A stretch of DNA of 64,000 nt from Octopus bimaculoides (Eukaryota). Under the pieces are notes generated by a model, which saw nothing but the letters and a program-made list of their open reading frames with translations, did not search any database and was not told where the DNA came from. Shown here piece after piece: positions 13,176 through 25,600 of this stretch. The stretch is from assembly GCF_001194135.2 (NCBI RefSeq), contig NC_068999.1, forward strand, positions 30,363,369 through 30,427,368, in the 5' to 3' direction. Both the position numbers and the translations under genes were made by a program. Every line of letters starts with the position of its first letter. The stretch's first letter is position 1.

Positions 13176-16100
13176 TATGCATACACATACATGCACTGTT
13201 TACTATCATTAAGATGTCACCTTATTAACCTCATTAACTCTCTATCTCCTCTTCAGTCACCACTACCTTACTACGTATTACCATCAGAATTGTTTCTTCC
13301 AATCACCAATACTATATTATAGCATATTATTAATAGTAAGATTAGTATCCATTACAGCTAAGTTATAGTCTAAATTTAGTTCATTGGCTTTTCCTCCATG
13401 TTTTCAAACTTCATTTCCTTTCTCCAGGAGGACTCCTGTGACAGTGATGGTAAGTATAGATCTTCAGTTTCTTACATTGTTTCTATTGTCATATTAGCAC
13501 CTATCATGTATTACTGGATCACATGCAAAAAATCAACAACAAAAACATATTTACACAACAGAATTACAGTAATAGACAATATGTGAGGGTATCCAAAAGT
13601 AACTGGAAACATTCTCTGTGGGACAAGCCTGATGTAGTTCAGGCTTCCATCACTAGAAGCCACTTGATGCAACCCTCAGGCAACAGTCTGCTGACCAGCA
13701 GTGTCGGGTCAGGTCATACTGCCATGTGGTATGTCTTTGTTTTGCAGTGCTTCTTCCCTCTTTGTTGATTTTTGTGATCGCTGAAATGAAGAAATTCTGT
13801 TTTCTGTTGAGGAAAATGGTGGTTGAAACAGTTGTCATGCTTCAAACAGCTTAGAAGGATGCTGCCTTGAGCAAAACACAAGTTTATGAGTGGTTTTCAC
13901 ACTTTAGGAATGGTTACTTGTCATTTGAAAACCAATCTTGTTCAGATCAGCTGTCAACCTCCCAAATGAATGAAAACGTCTTGAAAATTCATGAACTCTT
14001 CTTGGAGGACTATCACTGAACAATTGACAAACTTGTTGATATGATTGGTGTGTCTTGAAGCTCCTACCAACGAATTTTGAGCAAGGAATTGCGAATGAAA
14101 AGAGTTGCAGCAAAATTCTTGCCTTGCTTGCTCACAGAAAATCAAAAGCAGTCATGACTGAAAGTGTGTCGTGAGCTGAAAGAACAGTTGGAAGATGATC
14201 CAGACCTTTTTTTGAAGGTCATCATTGGTGATGAGATCTAGTGCTATGGAATTTGCAGATGTGGAAGAGGTGAAGAAAAAAATGATGGCAGTGTTAAAAG
14301 GCATCACTTCGCAAGAGTTCCAACACTGCTTAAAACAGTGGAAAACTCATTTGGACTGATGCATTGTTTTAAATGGAGAATACTTTGAAGGCGATAAAAG
14401 TGTAAAATCCCGGTTTCGTTTGGGTACCCGCTCGTACAGCTATTGTTTATTTTTGGATACAATGCCTACCCATTAACATGGCATAGACATATTTTGTTGG
14501 AGCAGTTTTATTTTGTTTTTGTGTCACTAACTAATCAAACTTTAGTCTGTTCTCCTGTGACTGTGCCATATAATCCACTATCTCACGCACTCTACGACTA
14601 AATGTTTGTCTAGCAAGCTGTACTCCTGTATTAAGTATTTATGGCCAAATAGACTGTCTGTTATGGACATAAGGAAACTAGTGATCAGATACAAAGCTGG
14701 CTAATAACCATAACAACTTAATAAATTAATGGTGTACTTGTATCTTCCTAGCAAGTGGATAAACAGTTGAAAGTAGGTGAAGGAAATTTTACTAGTGACT
14801 TTGATTTTAATAAAGTAACAACTCTGAAGTTTGTGGTGCTCAGTTGATTTAGTCTGTTAGTAATGTTTCCTGTCTTGAAATATGTGGTTACATGTTCACA
14901 TCCATAAATTTTTATAACCAAACCTTTGTTTCTTAAACTGAAAAATAACAATTTACATGCAGTGTCTGTTGTTAACATAAAATGTTATCTTTCTAGTTGT
15001 CATAAACCAGTTCAAAGAAGGCTTTTATTCAAACTTTATTTCTTCTCGCTGTCTAATCTGTTAATCATGGCTGTCCAACAATTCAGATGCATTGTTTAAA
15101 GATAGTATGCATCTGTCAGTGTCATTTGACACTATGCTGCATTTTTGTACTCAATACAAAATAAGATATCTACATCTTTATCTATTATTTACTATTGTAG
15201 AAAGGAATTAATGATAGGATATTATAATTCATAACAGTTTTCCCTGCTAAGTGAAAAGTTAGTCACAGTGCATAAAAAGGGGTCTTGATAATTTGTCCTG
15301 ATCTCAGTTCTCTTGTCTCGTTTTGTCCTTGAATAGTTGGCATTTTGTTACCTGTAATACTCTTGTTCAGGTATTCTTTGCAAGTTTTGTTACCTGTATT
15401 GTTTATATTCAAGCACTCTTTGCCAGTTGCTAATCTGCTCGTTTTCAGGTACTGGTCTATGAGTTCTGTTTCTTTGTTGATACATTGCTTCTATTGGTGT
15501 ACTGTTGAGGTTGGTTCCTTGTTGATTTATTATTTGTGGATTTTGTTGTTCTGTATAGAACTCTGTTTATGTAGTTAGCCCTGGTTGTATTTGTATGTTA
15601 TCTTTGCTTCCTTGATTGAAAGATTGTCCTGCTAGAGTGAGATTGTGTATCGACACTATCTATTCATCTGTTTCTAAATTGTACATGTGCAAAGTGGGGA
15701 GAAATTGTTTCCAACAATTTAACGTTTTCTACAGGTGGATCCCCCATATTTCTGAGATGTTGACAATGCAATATTGCGCTTCCGATATTCTGGAGGAATT
15801 CAGGTTGAATGGTTCCCAATGTCGATCATCTTGAAAATTTAAACACTTGCTTATGAGTCGTTGTATTGGTAGCTGTACAGAGGAGTCTTCTCATGGCTGA
15901 TAGTGCCATGGAAAGGTCTGTCAACCATTGTCTTTTATCTAGTTGTAGTGAACTAAGTGCTAGATTTATGGTCTTTATGAGGGTATTGTTAGTCCTTTCA
16001 CATTGGCCGTTGCCTTGAGGTTAATAGGGAGATGTTCTTGTTTTTATTGTTCAGTTAGCGTGAAAGAAGTCCTGGAGCTTCAAACAATGAAAAGAGGTTG

Positions 16101-19100
16101 AACAGGTGGGAAATTACTGTTTTGGTACTCATGTTTTTGCATGGGTATGTGAAAGGATACCTTGAGTACTCATCAACTATTACCAATAAGTAGCGGTATT
16201 GTGTGGACAGTGGCAGGAGACCAACAGAGTCAATGGAGAGGCACTCCCAAGGTCTCGATGCCTGTTTTAATTGGCCCATAAGTGGTTTGTGGAAGCAGGG
16301 TTTGAGTTTGTTGCATGTAAAGCAAGCGAGTGCCATTTTGCAGATTTCATTGAGGGAGAACTGCAGGTTTCGTACTTTACAGTAGTGAAGTAGGCAGGCC
16401 ACTCCTGGGTGGCACAGTTTTTGTGAAGGGTTATTAGTGTTGTAGTGTCTCTTGTTGCTGCACATCTTGATAGTGTACCTGCTGTTTTGTTTTGAGTTCC
16501 TGGTCTATAAGAGATAGTGTAATTTATGTCTAAGAGGTCCAAGCGCCAGTGTATAAGTTTTTCATTTTCGATGCCCCTTGCTTATTGAAGATCATCACCA
16601 CTGAGCATTGATCAGTGACAATGTTGCAATATGGGGAAATATGTATTAGGTGGTGCCATTTGCGGCAACATTCTACGATTGTGCAGGTGTCTCTCTTGAT
16701 GATGGGTTAGTGTTTTTCTGTTTTTGAAAAGGACCTTGAATAGAAGGCCACTGGCCTTCCTTGTGATAACGTCCTTTCCAAGGCTAGGTCGGAAACATCT
16801 GTTTTGATGGTGAGTGGTAAGGGTAGACATCCAGTTGTGTGTAGATATTTATCGTGTTAGAGTAGTCGGTCACCAGTCTATTTTTCTTTCCATTAGATGT
16901 CACGAAGCATTGAACTCGCCAAGGACTACGGCTTTCCTGAATTATTCCCTCTGAAAGTAACCTGTCAATTTTGTGTTTAATAAACTCTGCATCTCTGGAC
17001 TGTCTTGAAGTTGTAATTGGTTTGAGCTTAGAGGTCTTAATGCCAGGAAGTAGTTTGTATGTGGTGCATTTTAGGCTTGACATGGACATGCAGAATGACA
17101 GGTTTGAGCATGTCCTTGAAGTCAATTGTAACTACCGAGTGTTGACTGAAGATATCGATTCCGATGATGACCGGAGCTACAAGGTGGTCAGCCACAAGGA
17201 AATTAGCATTATATGCGTAATTTCCCAGTTGTAGTTTGCTTTTGATTTCTAGTGTTGTGTTGTTGGCCAAGTTAACTTTTTCTGGGCAGGTATGATCATA
17301 TTGTAATCCCCCGACTGCAAGAAGATTCACTTTTATAAATGTTCTGTCAGAACCCGTGTCAAGAAGAGCTTGTGTATTGTTGTCCTTAATTTTAACGGGT
17401 ACCAGCCGTCCTGTACCTAAAATGAGGGATGATAATGTCCCATCACTGTTTTCCTCTGAGTTGCCCTCAGGCTCTGTGATAGCTGCTGTTTTAGGGGAGT
17501 TTCGTTTGTTTCATTGTGGCTTTTTTGAGAGGCACACTTTCTCCAAGTGGCCTTTCTTCTGACACCTTTTGCAAGTGGAGTTTCGCCGGGCATTGATTTT
17601 CTTTTTTTTTTTTTATGGATGTCTCCACTGCACCAAAAGCATGCTGATTTAGCAGTTGCAAGACGGAGTAGTTGATTGATACCAGCTGAGCCTTGCAATA
17701 GTTTGGGAGTTCTTCAATGGCCACCTCCATGGTTTGAGTAAGCTTATAGAGTGTTTCTAAGCCGTTGTCTGATGACTCAAGAAGTCTTTGTCTGATTGAT
17801 GGTGACTGAAGCCCAGCCACAAAGGCATCACCAATTAGAATTTCTCAGTAATGGCCTGCTGTTAGGGCTTGGATTTTACTTTTCTTGGCCAGTACCTGAA
17901 GGCTTGACATAAATTCTTTTATAGACTTGTTTTCCTTTTGTTTTTGAGTTCGTAGCTTTCTTTATGAACTTTGAGTCCAGGCATTCTATTGCTGCCTCGA
18001 AGGTTTCGGATTTTTTGACGATGGGGACGGTCCTTGCTCCATAGAGGACTAAAAGTACTTCCAGTTTAGATTCCTCTGGAACTTTTGCTTTTGCTATGCG
18101 GATGTGTAGCATCTGTTTCCAGTAAATATAATCTTCCTCAGTTGGATCGTCTGGTAGGGTCCTCTCGAACATTTTGGCATCCATTCAGAATGAAGTTTGA
18201 ATAAAATTTGTCATAAACCAGTTCAAAGAAGGCTTTTATTCAAACTTTATTTCTGCTCGCCATCTAATCCGTTAATCATGGCTGTCCAACAATTAAGACC
18301 TGTTGTTTTATATTAAGTAAAGACAGTGTCCATCTATCAATGTCATTCGACACTATGCCACATTTTTGTACTCAATATAAAATAAGATATCTATATTTTT
18401 ATCTATTATTTACTATTGTAGAAAGGAATTAATGGTAGGATATTATAATTCATAATACTAGTGTCGACAGAATTCTTGTCACTACCTGTTCATTGACCCA
18501 CTGCTGGTGACTTCACATGTCCAAACCCATTGTTTTCTTATTGATTGAAAATCTAGCAAGGTCAGTTGTTATTGGCTTTGTATCACTCACTTTCTTTCTC
18601 TCTCTCACTCTCTCTCTCTCTCACACACACACACGTACACATACACATTATTTGAATGTGGATATAAACTGTTTTGTTTGTGTCATTTTGTAGTCTAAAG
18701 CACAGTTTTCTCACTGATTCCTAGCCTAGGTAGAATGCATAACTGTCATCTTTCTTACCATTCTTTTTCTCTGTTATATAAGACAGTAAACCCTCTGTCT
18801 ACATGAGTGGAATATATTTGGTCTATAAGTTTTATATCTTTACTATTTCAGCCACGGAAGTCCTTGATTCTAGTAAATCTGACTCAGAGCACACATCATC
18901 ACAAATGGTAAATATTATGACTAGTTTTTATACAGTCAGTGTATATATTTTGTTGTTGTTTAGCACTCCAAGCTCAACCCTGATGTTGCACATTTGGGAT
19001 TAAAGCCATTCCAACATTCACCATTCTCTCTAGATTAATGTTGTCTACATCCTTTTTTTAAAACATTAAGACATGATATGAAGTAGATGTGTCTGCTATA

Positions 19101-19619
19101 TCTAGCAGGTTGAGTAATCACATAGTTGCTTGAGAATGCGTATATGTGTATGCTTTAGAAATTTATGTTACTGTAAAATCTCTATTATTTCGTATAGGAA
19201 AATTGATGATGGAGATGATTTCTGATTTAGTTACAAGACTGCAATTTTGAGTGGTGGGTGGCTAGTTATTACCTTTGATCTTAGTACCTGAGAAGTACTT
19301 TGTTGACCCTGAAAGAATGAAAGGCAAAAGTTAACCCCAGCAGGTCAACGTTACCTTTCATTTTTTTGATATTGATAAAATTAAGTACCAGTCAAATAAT
19401 AATAATGGTTTCAAATTTTGGCCCAAGGCCAGCAGTTTTTATGGGGAGGTGGAAGTCAATCACATTGCTTTTAGTACTTAACTGGGACTTATTTTGTTGA
19501 CCCCTGAAAGGATGAAAGGCAAAGTTGACTTCAGCAGAATTTGAGTTCAATGTAGTTACAGACAAAATACTGCTAAGCATTTTGTACAGTGTGCTAAAGG
19601 TTCTACCAGCTCACTGCCT

Positions 19620-19650
<31 letters not shown>

Positions 19651-22600
19651 ACATCAATATTATCTGTTATTTTGTATAGGACAAAAAGGGTGGTGGTGGT
19701 GGTGGTTTTGAAAAGCTTAGGCTCAAATGTGGACATTGTCGATCTCACTAAAATCTTACCCAAAATGCCAGATGATGGTACTGAACTGAGCAGCAGATTA
19801 AGTTTGCTTCCCTAGTAGCTCATAGCAGGATTAGGATTTAGCTTGAATAAATGCTGCAATATATTTCACCTGATGCTGCAATGACTTTACAGATTAGATG
19901 CCTATAACAACAAATTAAGAATGTATATTCTAAATTTTTTCTCATCTGTGCAACATGTTTGTCCAAGTTAAAACACATTGGTTATTGCTCTAGATGTAAA
20001 TATATCTTTTATTACCATCTTACTTCATCACATCTCTGTCCTCACTACACATACTAACTCTCAATCTTGGTTTTCACTTAAGAAACAAAAATAAAAATTT
20101 TCAGTGCATGAATAGACAACACAACCCTGTTCTTATGTTACCTAACATGGTACAGCAAGTTCTTTTGATCATTAATATCATTCAGAATATAGTCAATTCT
20201 CAGTAAAAATAGCTTCATTGATGTATCTACTCTTAATGATATAATAATCAATTTCTGATTCATTCTTGTAATCCCTTTCTGCCTCCGTCTTTTGTTCCTC
20301 AGAACAAGGTAGTTGCACAGTGCTTCCTGCCAAACCATACCACTTGCCTTTCATTTGCTACTTCATTCACCTTACAAACTGTACTAAACATTACATGCAG
20401 TCCTTCATTTCACTTATTACAGTAATTGCTTATTGACCTCTACTTTCATGGTTTATGGCAATTGTCCTTCTATGGACATACTTTCTTTTTTTGACTTCTG
20501 TACCCTACCTTTTATTGCTATATCTCTTTGTTAACCCTTGACTGCTGATTTTTTAGACCTTTGATGACCTTTCTTGGCTACTGGCCACTTTATAACCTTC
20601 CTAGGGTTATTAATTTATCCAGCACCCACCCAACACCTCCAGTTTTCTTTTTCTATATCTGAATATCTTATATCTGTTTGATCATCTTTTCAGCTTTTAC
20701 CACATGGTGTTATCTTAAGTACTCATGATACCTGATGTTATCATGTGTTTATTATCTTATCATCTCAGATTTATGTCTGATCATCTTTCATCATCTTCCT
20801 CATATGTTACTGCATGATGTTATCCTATGTTATCTCATCTTATCTGATCATCTTCTCAGATGTTACCACGTGATGATGTTATCACAAGTTCAACATCAGA
20901 ACCAGTCAATCTTAGCCAAAACTCTTCACCATTGGTAAGTTAGCTTGTCCTCCTTATCTGTTTTTTTATTTTTATTATCACTGTTGTACATAATGTTTGT
21001 TGTTAGAGAGTATAGGTTTACAATATGGAACCACAGTTGTTATATTTCAGATGGTTGACATGTGTGTGTATTTACATTGATAGTAGGCACAAGTGTATGA
21101 GTGTGGTTAAAAAGCTTGCTTCCCAACCATGTCATCTTGGGTTCAGTTCTACTACACAGCACCTTGTGTTAGTTTCTTCTATTACAACCCTGGGCTGGCT
21201 AAAGACTTGTCAGTAGATTTGGTAGACAGAAGTCTATTGTGTGTATGTGTACCCTTCTCTTGACTTCAAGAGATGGTTGTAAATAAACATCACTGTCATA
21301 GTTGTTGTGTTGTTCATTTTCAGTCTTCTGTGAAAACATGTCTAGTTAAGGAAAAAGCCTGCCTCAGCAAAATCCATCTACCCCATGCAAGCATGGAAAA
21401 GTAGTTACTAATGATGAAGAAATATGTATGATTGTGTGTGAGCATGCGCATGCATACATACATACACACATGCATGCATCATCTGCTCCTTGTGTGTCAA
21501 ATGTGACACAGGAGCTCACCCATTCTCTTCTTATTGCCTCCTGCTCTTTCATGGATTTTTATTCATGTTTTCAAACACTCTACCTCACCATCAAACTTCA
21601 AAATAAAAAACTAAATTCAAAATAAGTTGAAAGCAATTTGGCTACTCATTCTCCAGAGTCGCACTATCCCCAGCAATCTATGTCTCATAGATGCTGGATG
21701 AGCTTTCTTAGCAGGGGCCTAAATCCAGATTCCCTGATTGAGGATGACTTCAACCTCAAAAAAGCTTAATTCTAACTGGACATCAAATTTGGGCCTACAT
21801 CACTCTGTCAATTTATTTGTTCATAGATGCTATTTTAATTTATGTGTCTTCAATTTCAAGAAACAACTACCAAGATGGACAGTTGTAAATGGTGAGACAT
21901 CATTATCAAATCATCTGACAAAGGTGGAACTATTGTAGTGGTGAATGAACAACATTGCATCTATAACTTGTAGAAGTAAGAGGCATTTTGCCAACTCAAT
22001 GACTCTCTAATGATTGTGCCAGCAACTACCAGAGACAAGTGTCCTCCACTGTGCCTGAACTTACCTCTTCTGGATCTCTTCCACCTTCTGCCACTAACCT
22101 CATTATAACCACACCCTGAATCTCTACCATCTACTTTGTCTGCAAAATCCACAAAACAGACAATCCTGACCACCATGTTGTCTCCATATGTAACTACCTA
22201 CTGAACTTCTCTCATTGTTCCATCACAAAATATCACCTCTTGTTACTGTTTTACTCTTACACATTAAAGACACTAGCCATGCCCTAAACTTCTTCAGCTC
22301 ATTCTCTTTTCTGCCTAGACAGTCTAAACTCCTTTTCCTCGTAGACATTTATTCACTCTATGCTGTCATTCTTCACAAGTCTATCAGCTCTTGAACTCTT
22401 TCTAGTCCTGTTCTCAGCGCTACAACAATCTTCTGTTTAACTGAGCTTGTCCTAACCTTTAATTGCTTATCTTTCTCTGGTGAATTTTACAAACAAGTCA
22501 CTGGGGTTGCTTTGGGAACTAGGATGCAAACCTCTTTGTAAGCTACACTGAAGAGCGAATGTTGACAGAATCATTTCAATTTTGGAAAAAGAAATATGAT

Positions 22601-25600
22601 TCATAATCACATATGTGGTTTTTATGTTTGCTGTTTATTTTCTTAGATTTTTCTGTGTGTTCTTTGGAAAATACCTTGAATCCAATTTTTCTGCTGGGCA
22701 ACATGAAACTGGTGTCTATAATTTATCCAAACTGAAACATTTTAGAAAACCGAAGTGGTAAAAAATGTGAAAAAATCTCCAAAAATTCTCAGCTCTCAGA
22801 TATCATGTAAAATAACATCAGACAGTATAATTCAATTGTTTACATTGTGAAATCACTTGCTTTCATGAATGTACTGAAGAGATTTGTGCTGAAATTCCCA
22901 TTTAAATATGACCAGCTTATTTCAGCTGTTTTCAGGCAGGTTGGTAACATAAGCCAGGAAAATTCTCAGGCGTCTATGGCTGGGCTGGTAATGAGAAAAT
23001 TAAGAGCAACAGCACCTCCTTTGTAAGCTACTATAAGTTTATCTCTTTCTATATAACATTTATCTCACATTATTCTTGGGAGTGCTGGTTTCAATGTCTG
23101 TTTTCAGGTGTATTACTTCCTTTATCACCAATACCTACAAAAACAGTTTGAATGACACACTCTCAGTCTTCATTTTTATAAAACTGTGGCCTTGTAATAG
23201 TTTACAACTAATAATTTCTTTATTTTATTTGGTATTTCAGTACAGTGTGAAACCATCTTTTCTGGAGATTCTCCATGTTGCTGGTGCCAAGGGGTATATG
23301 TTTACAGAAAAAGAGGTATGTTATTTTGTGACATAAATGCTAGCTGTATAGACGAAGAAGATAGAGATTATTGGACACTGTGTTACTAAGAGTAAGATAA
23401 TACAGATTATGTTGATATGATTTATATCCAGTAGTAATTGATGAATTCTTTCTCTAATGCAAGTTGTCTCTATTAAATGCTGTCTCTTTCTAGCATAGTA
23501 CAAGTTATAGAACAGATATATTCCTGAAATGCTGTCGAATTATGTTACAGTTACCTTCCTGTAATATAACACTATACCTTTCTAACACATACCAGTTTTG
23601 GTACTAAGACATTACCCTTTTCATTAGTAGGCTGTCACCTTATTGATTTAGTCAGCCATCACCCTTTTTGATTAACTATTTACAAGTGTCATTTCATGAT
23701 TTACAAAGATATTTTACTATCAAAATGACAATTACTTAAAGTTGTATGTACTAACACAACTGTTGGCTAAAAGGAATATAGATGAACAATAATGTTTAAA
23801 ACAGAATGAAGTATTAAAATTTGAGTCTATTTGAGCCTGAATTTTTGTTGTGCTAAGGTGATAAGTTCCTACTGTCTTTTGTATGTTTTTATTTCTTCCT
23901 TTTGTATTTTAACTTGTATGTTCCCAAGTGAATCACATTGTTTGGTTTATGTTGCAGATCTTTAGATATTTAAAACATTATATTTGGTCTCGGAAATTGT
24001 TTGATCCAGAACAACCTTGGATTTTCCTATGTCACAACGACAGATTAGCAGATGTATTTAAATTAGAAAAATTTATAATTTATGATGTTCCGTAAGTATC
24101 TTGTGACTAATTTAAAATTAACTGTAAAAATTTTAATATAAATAATATTCAAGCCTATTTTCCTGTCTCCTACTCCATCTGTTACCATAGCGTAGCAATC
24201 TTTACATCTGCTAGAACTAATACAAAGTAGCGATCCTTAGTTGAATACTGACCAGTGAGATTGTCTTTTCACTTCAAAATAATTAAAAGGTTTATTTTTA
24301 CTATGTTTCAAAGTGATCTTTTTAGCTTTTTTTTTTTTAAGTGCTTGAAGCTTTCTTGCCTTGTCTGTAAGGTTTTAGTTTCAGGTAAAGAATCATTAGA
24401 ACCCTCTCCCACATAATTCTGAAACTTCTCTCAGAGGTGAGCAGCAAGTAACAAAAGAGAAAAAAAATTGTCTTGATGTAAATCTTTTTCTACTGTGTAT
24501 GTTAATAATGGTATAATCTAATTTAAAATTTCTTTTATATTCCTCAGATCTCTTATTGCCAGATATGGAATAGAAAGCCCAGAATATCATCCAAAACTCA
24601 CAAAAAGACTGAACAGTGAAGAAGTAAGATTTATATTGCTGTTATTATAATTCTTCGCTATTTCCAGAACACAAGCTTGTTTATAGATTCTTTGTACAGT
24701 AGTTGAAACCTCTTACATGCAATGCATCTATTCTGGCTTAACTACTTTGTTTTTACCTCACATAAATTTAGCTAAAGGACTGCTTAGAGAGGAATTAACT
24801 GATGGCATTGCCAATTCAAATACCAAGTCTTTGATTACAGGACAGTGATGATAATAATATCAGTAATAGTGATTATTTTAGACACTTTGAGGTAGAGATA
24901 ATTTAACATTAATTGAATGTAGGAAAGATTTGATAAGATTTTATAAAGATCAATGTTATTGTAATACCCCGTCATCATTTTACACTTTTTGATATATTAT
25001 TGTAATATTCTGTCATCACTAGTCACTGTCAATATTTGAAAATATTACTCCTGCCAAATTTCTGTAATAATTGCAGTGACATTTCAGTTTGTCAAGTTGA
25101 ATACCATAATAACTGTATGTTGTGATATGTTAAGAACCATTTCACACTGTAGTATGTTAATAACTGTATTGTATTGATATATGTTAATAACTATGTCAAG
25201 TTGAGATATGTTAACTGTTATGTAACATGTTATTATGTTACATTATGATATATTAATAATTGTGTCATGTTATGATATTTAATCATATCTTCTTGTGATT
25301 TCAAATTTTGGCACAAGGCCAGCAAGTTCAGGGGAAGGTTAAGTTGATTACATCGACTCCAGTGCTCAACTGGTACTTATCAATCCTGAAGGGATGAAAG
25401 TAAAGTGATCCTTGGCAGAATTTGAACTCAGCCTGTTTTAATAATCACATCACATTGTGGTTGGCGTTAGGAAGGGCATCCAGATTGGAGCCTAGTGTAG
25501 CCATCCGGTTGCACCAGTCCTCAGTCAAATCGTCCAACCCAAGCTAGCATGGAAAGCGGACGTTAAACGATGATGATGATTGTGATGTTTATAATTGTCA

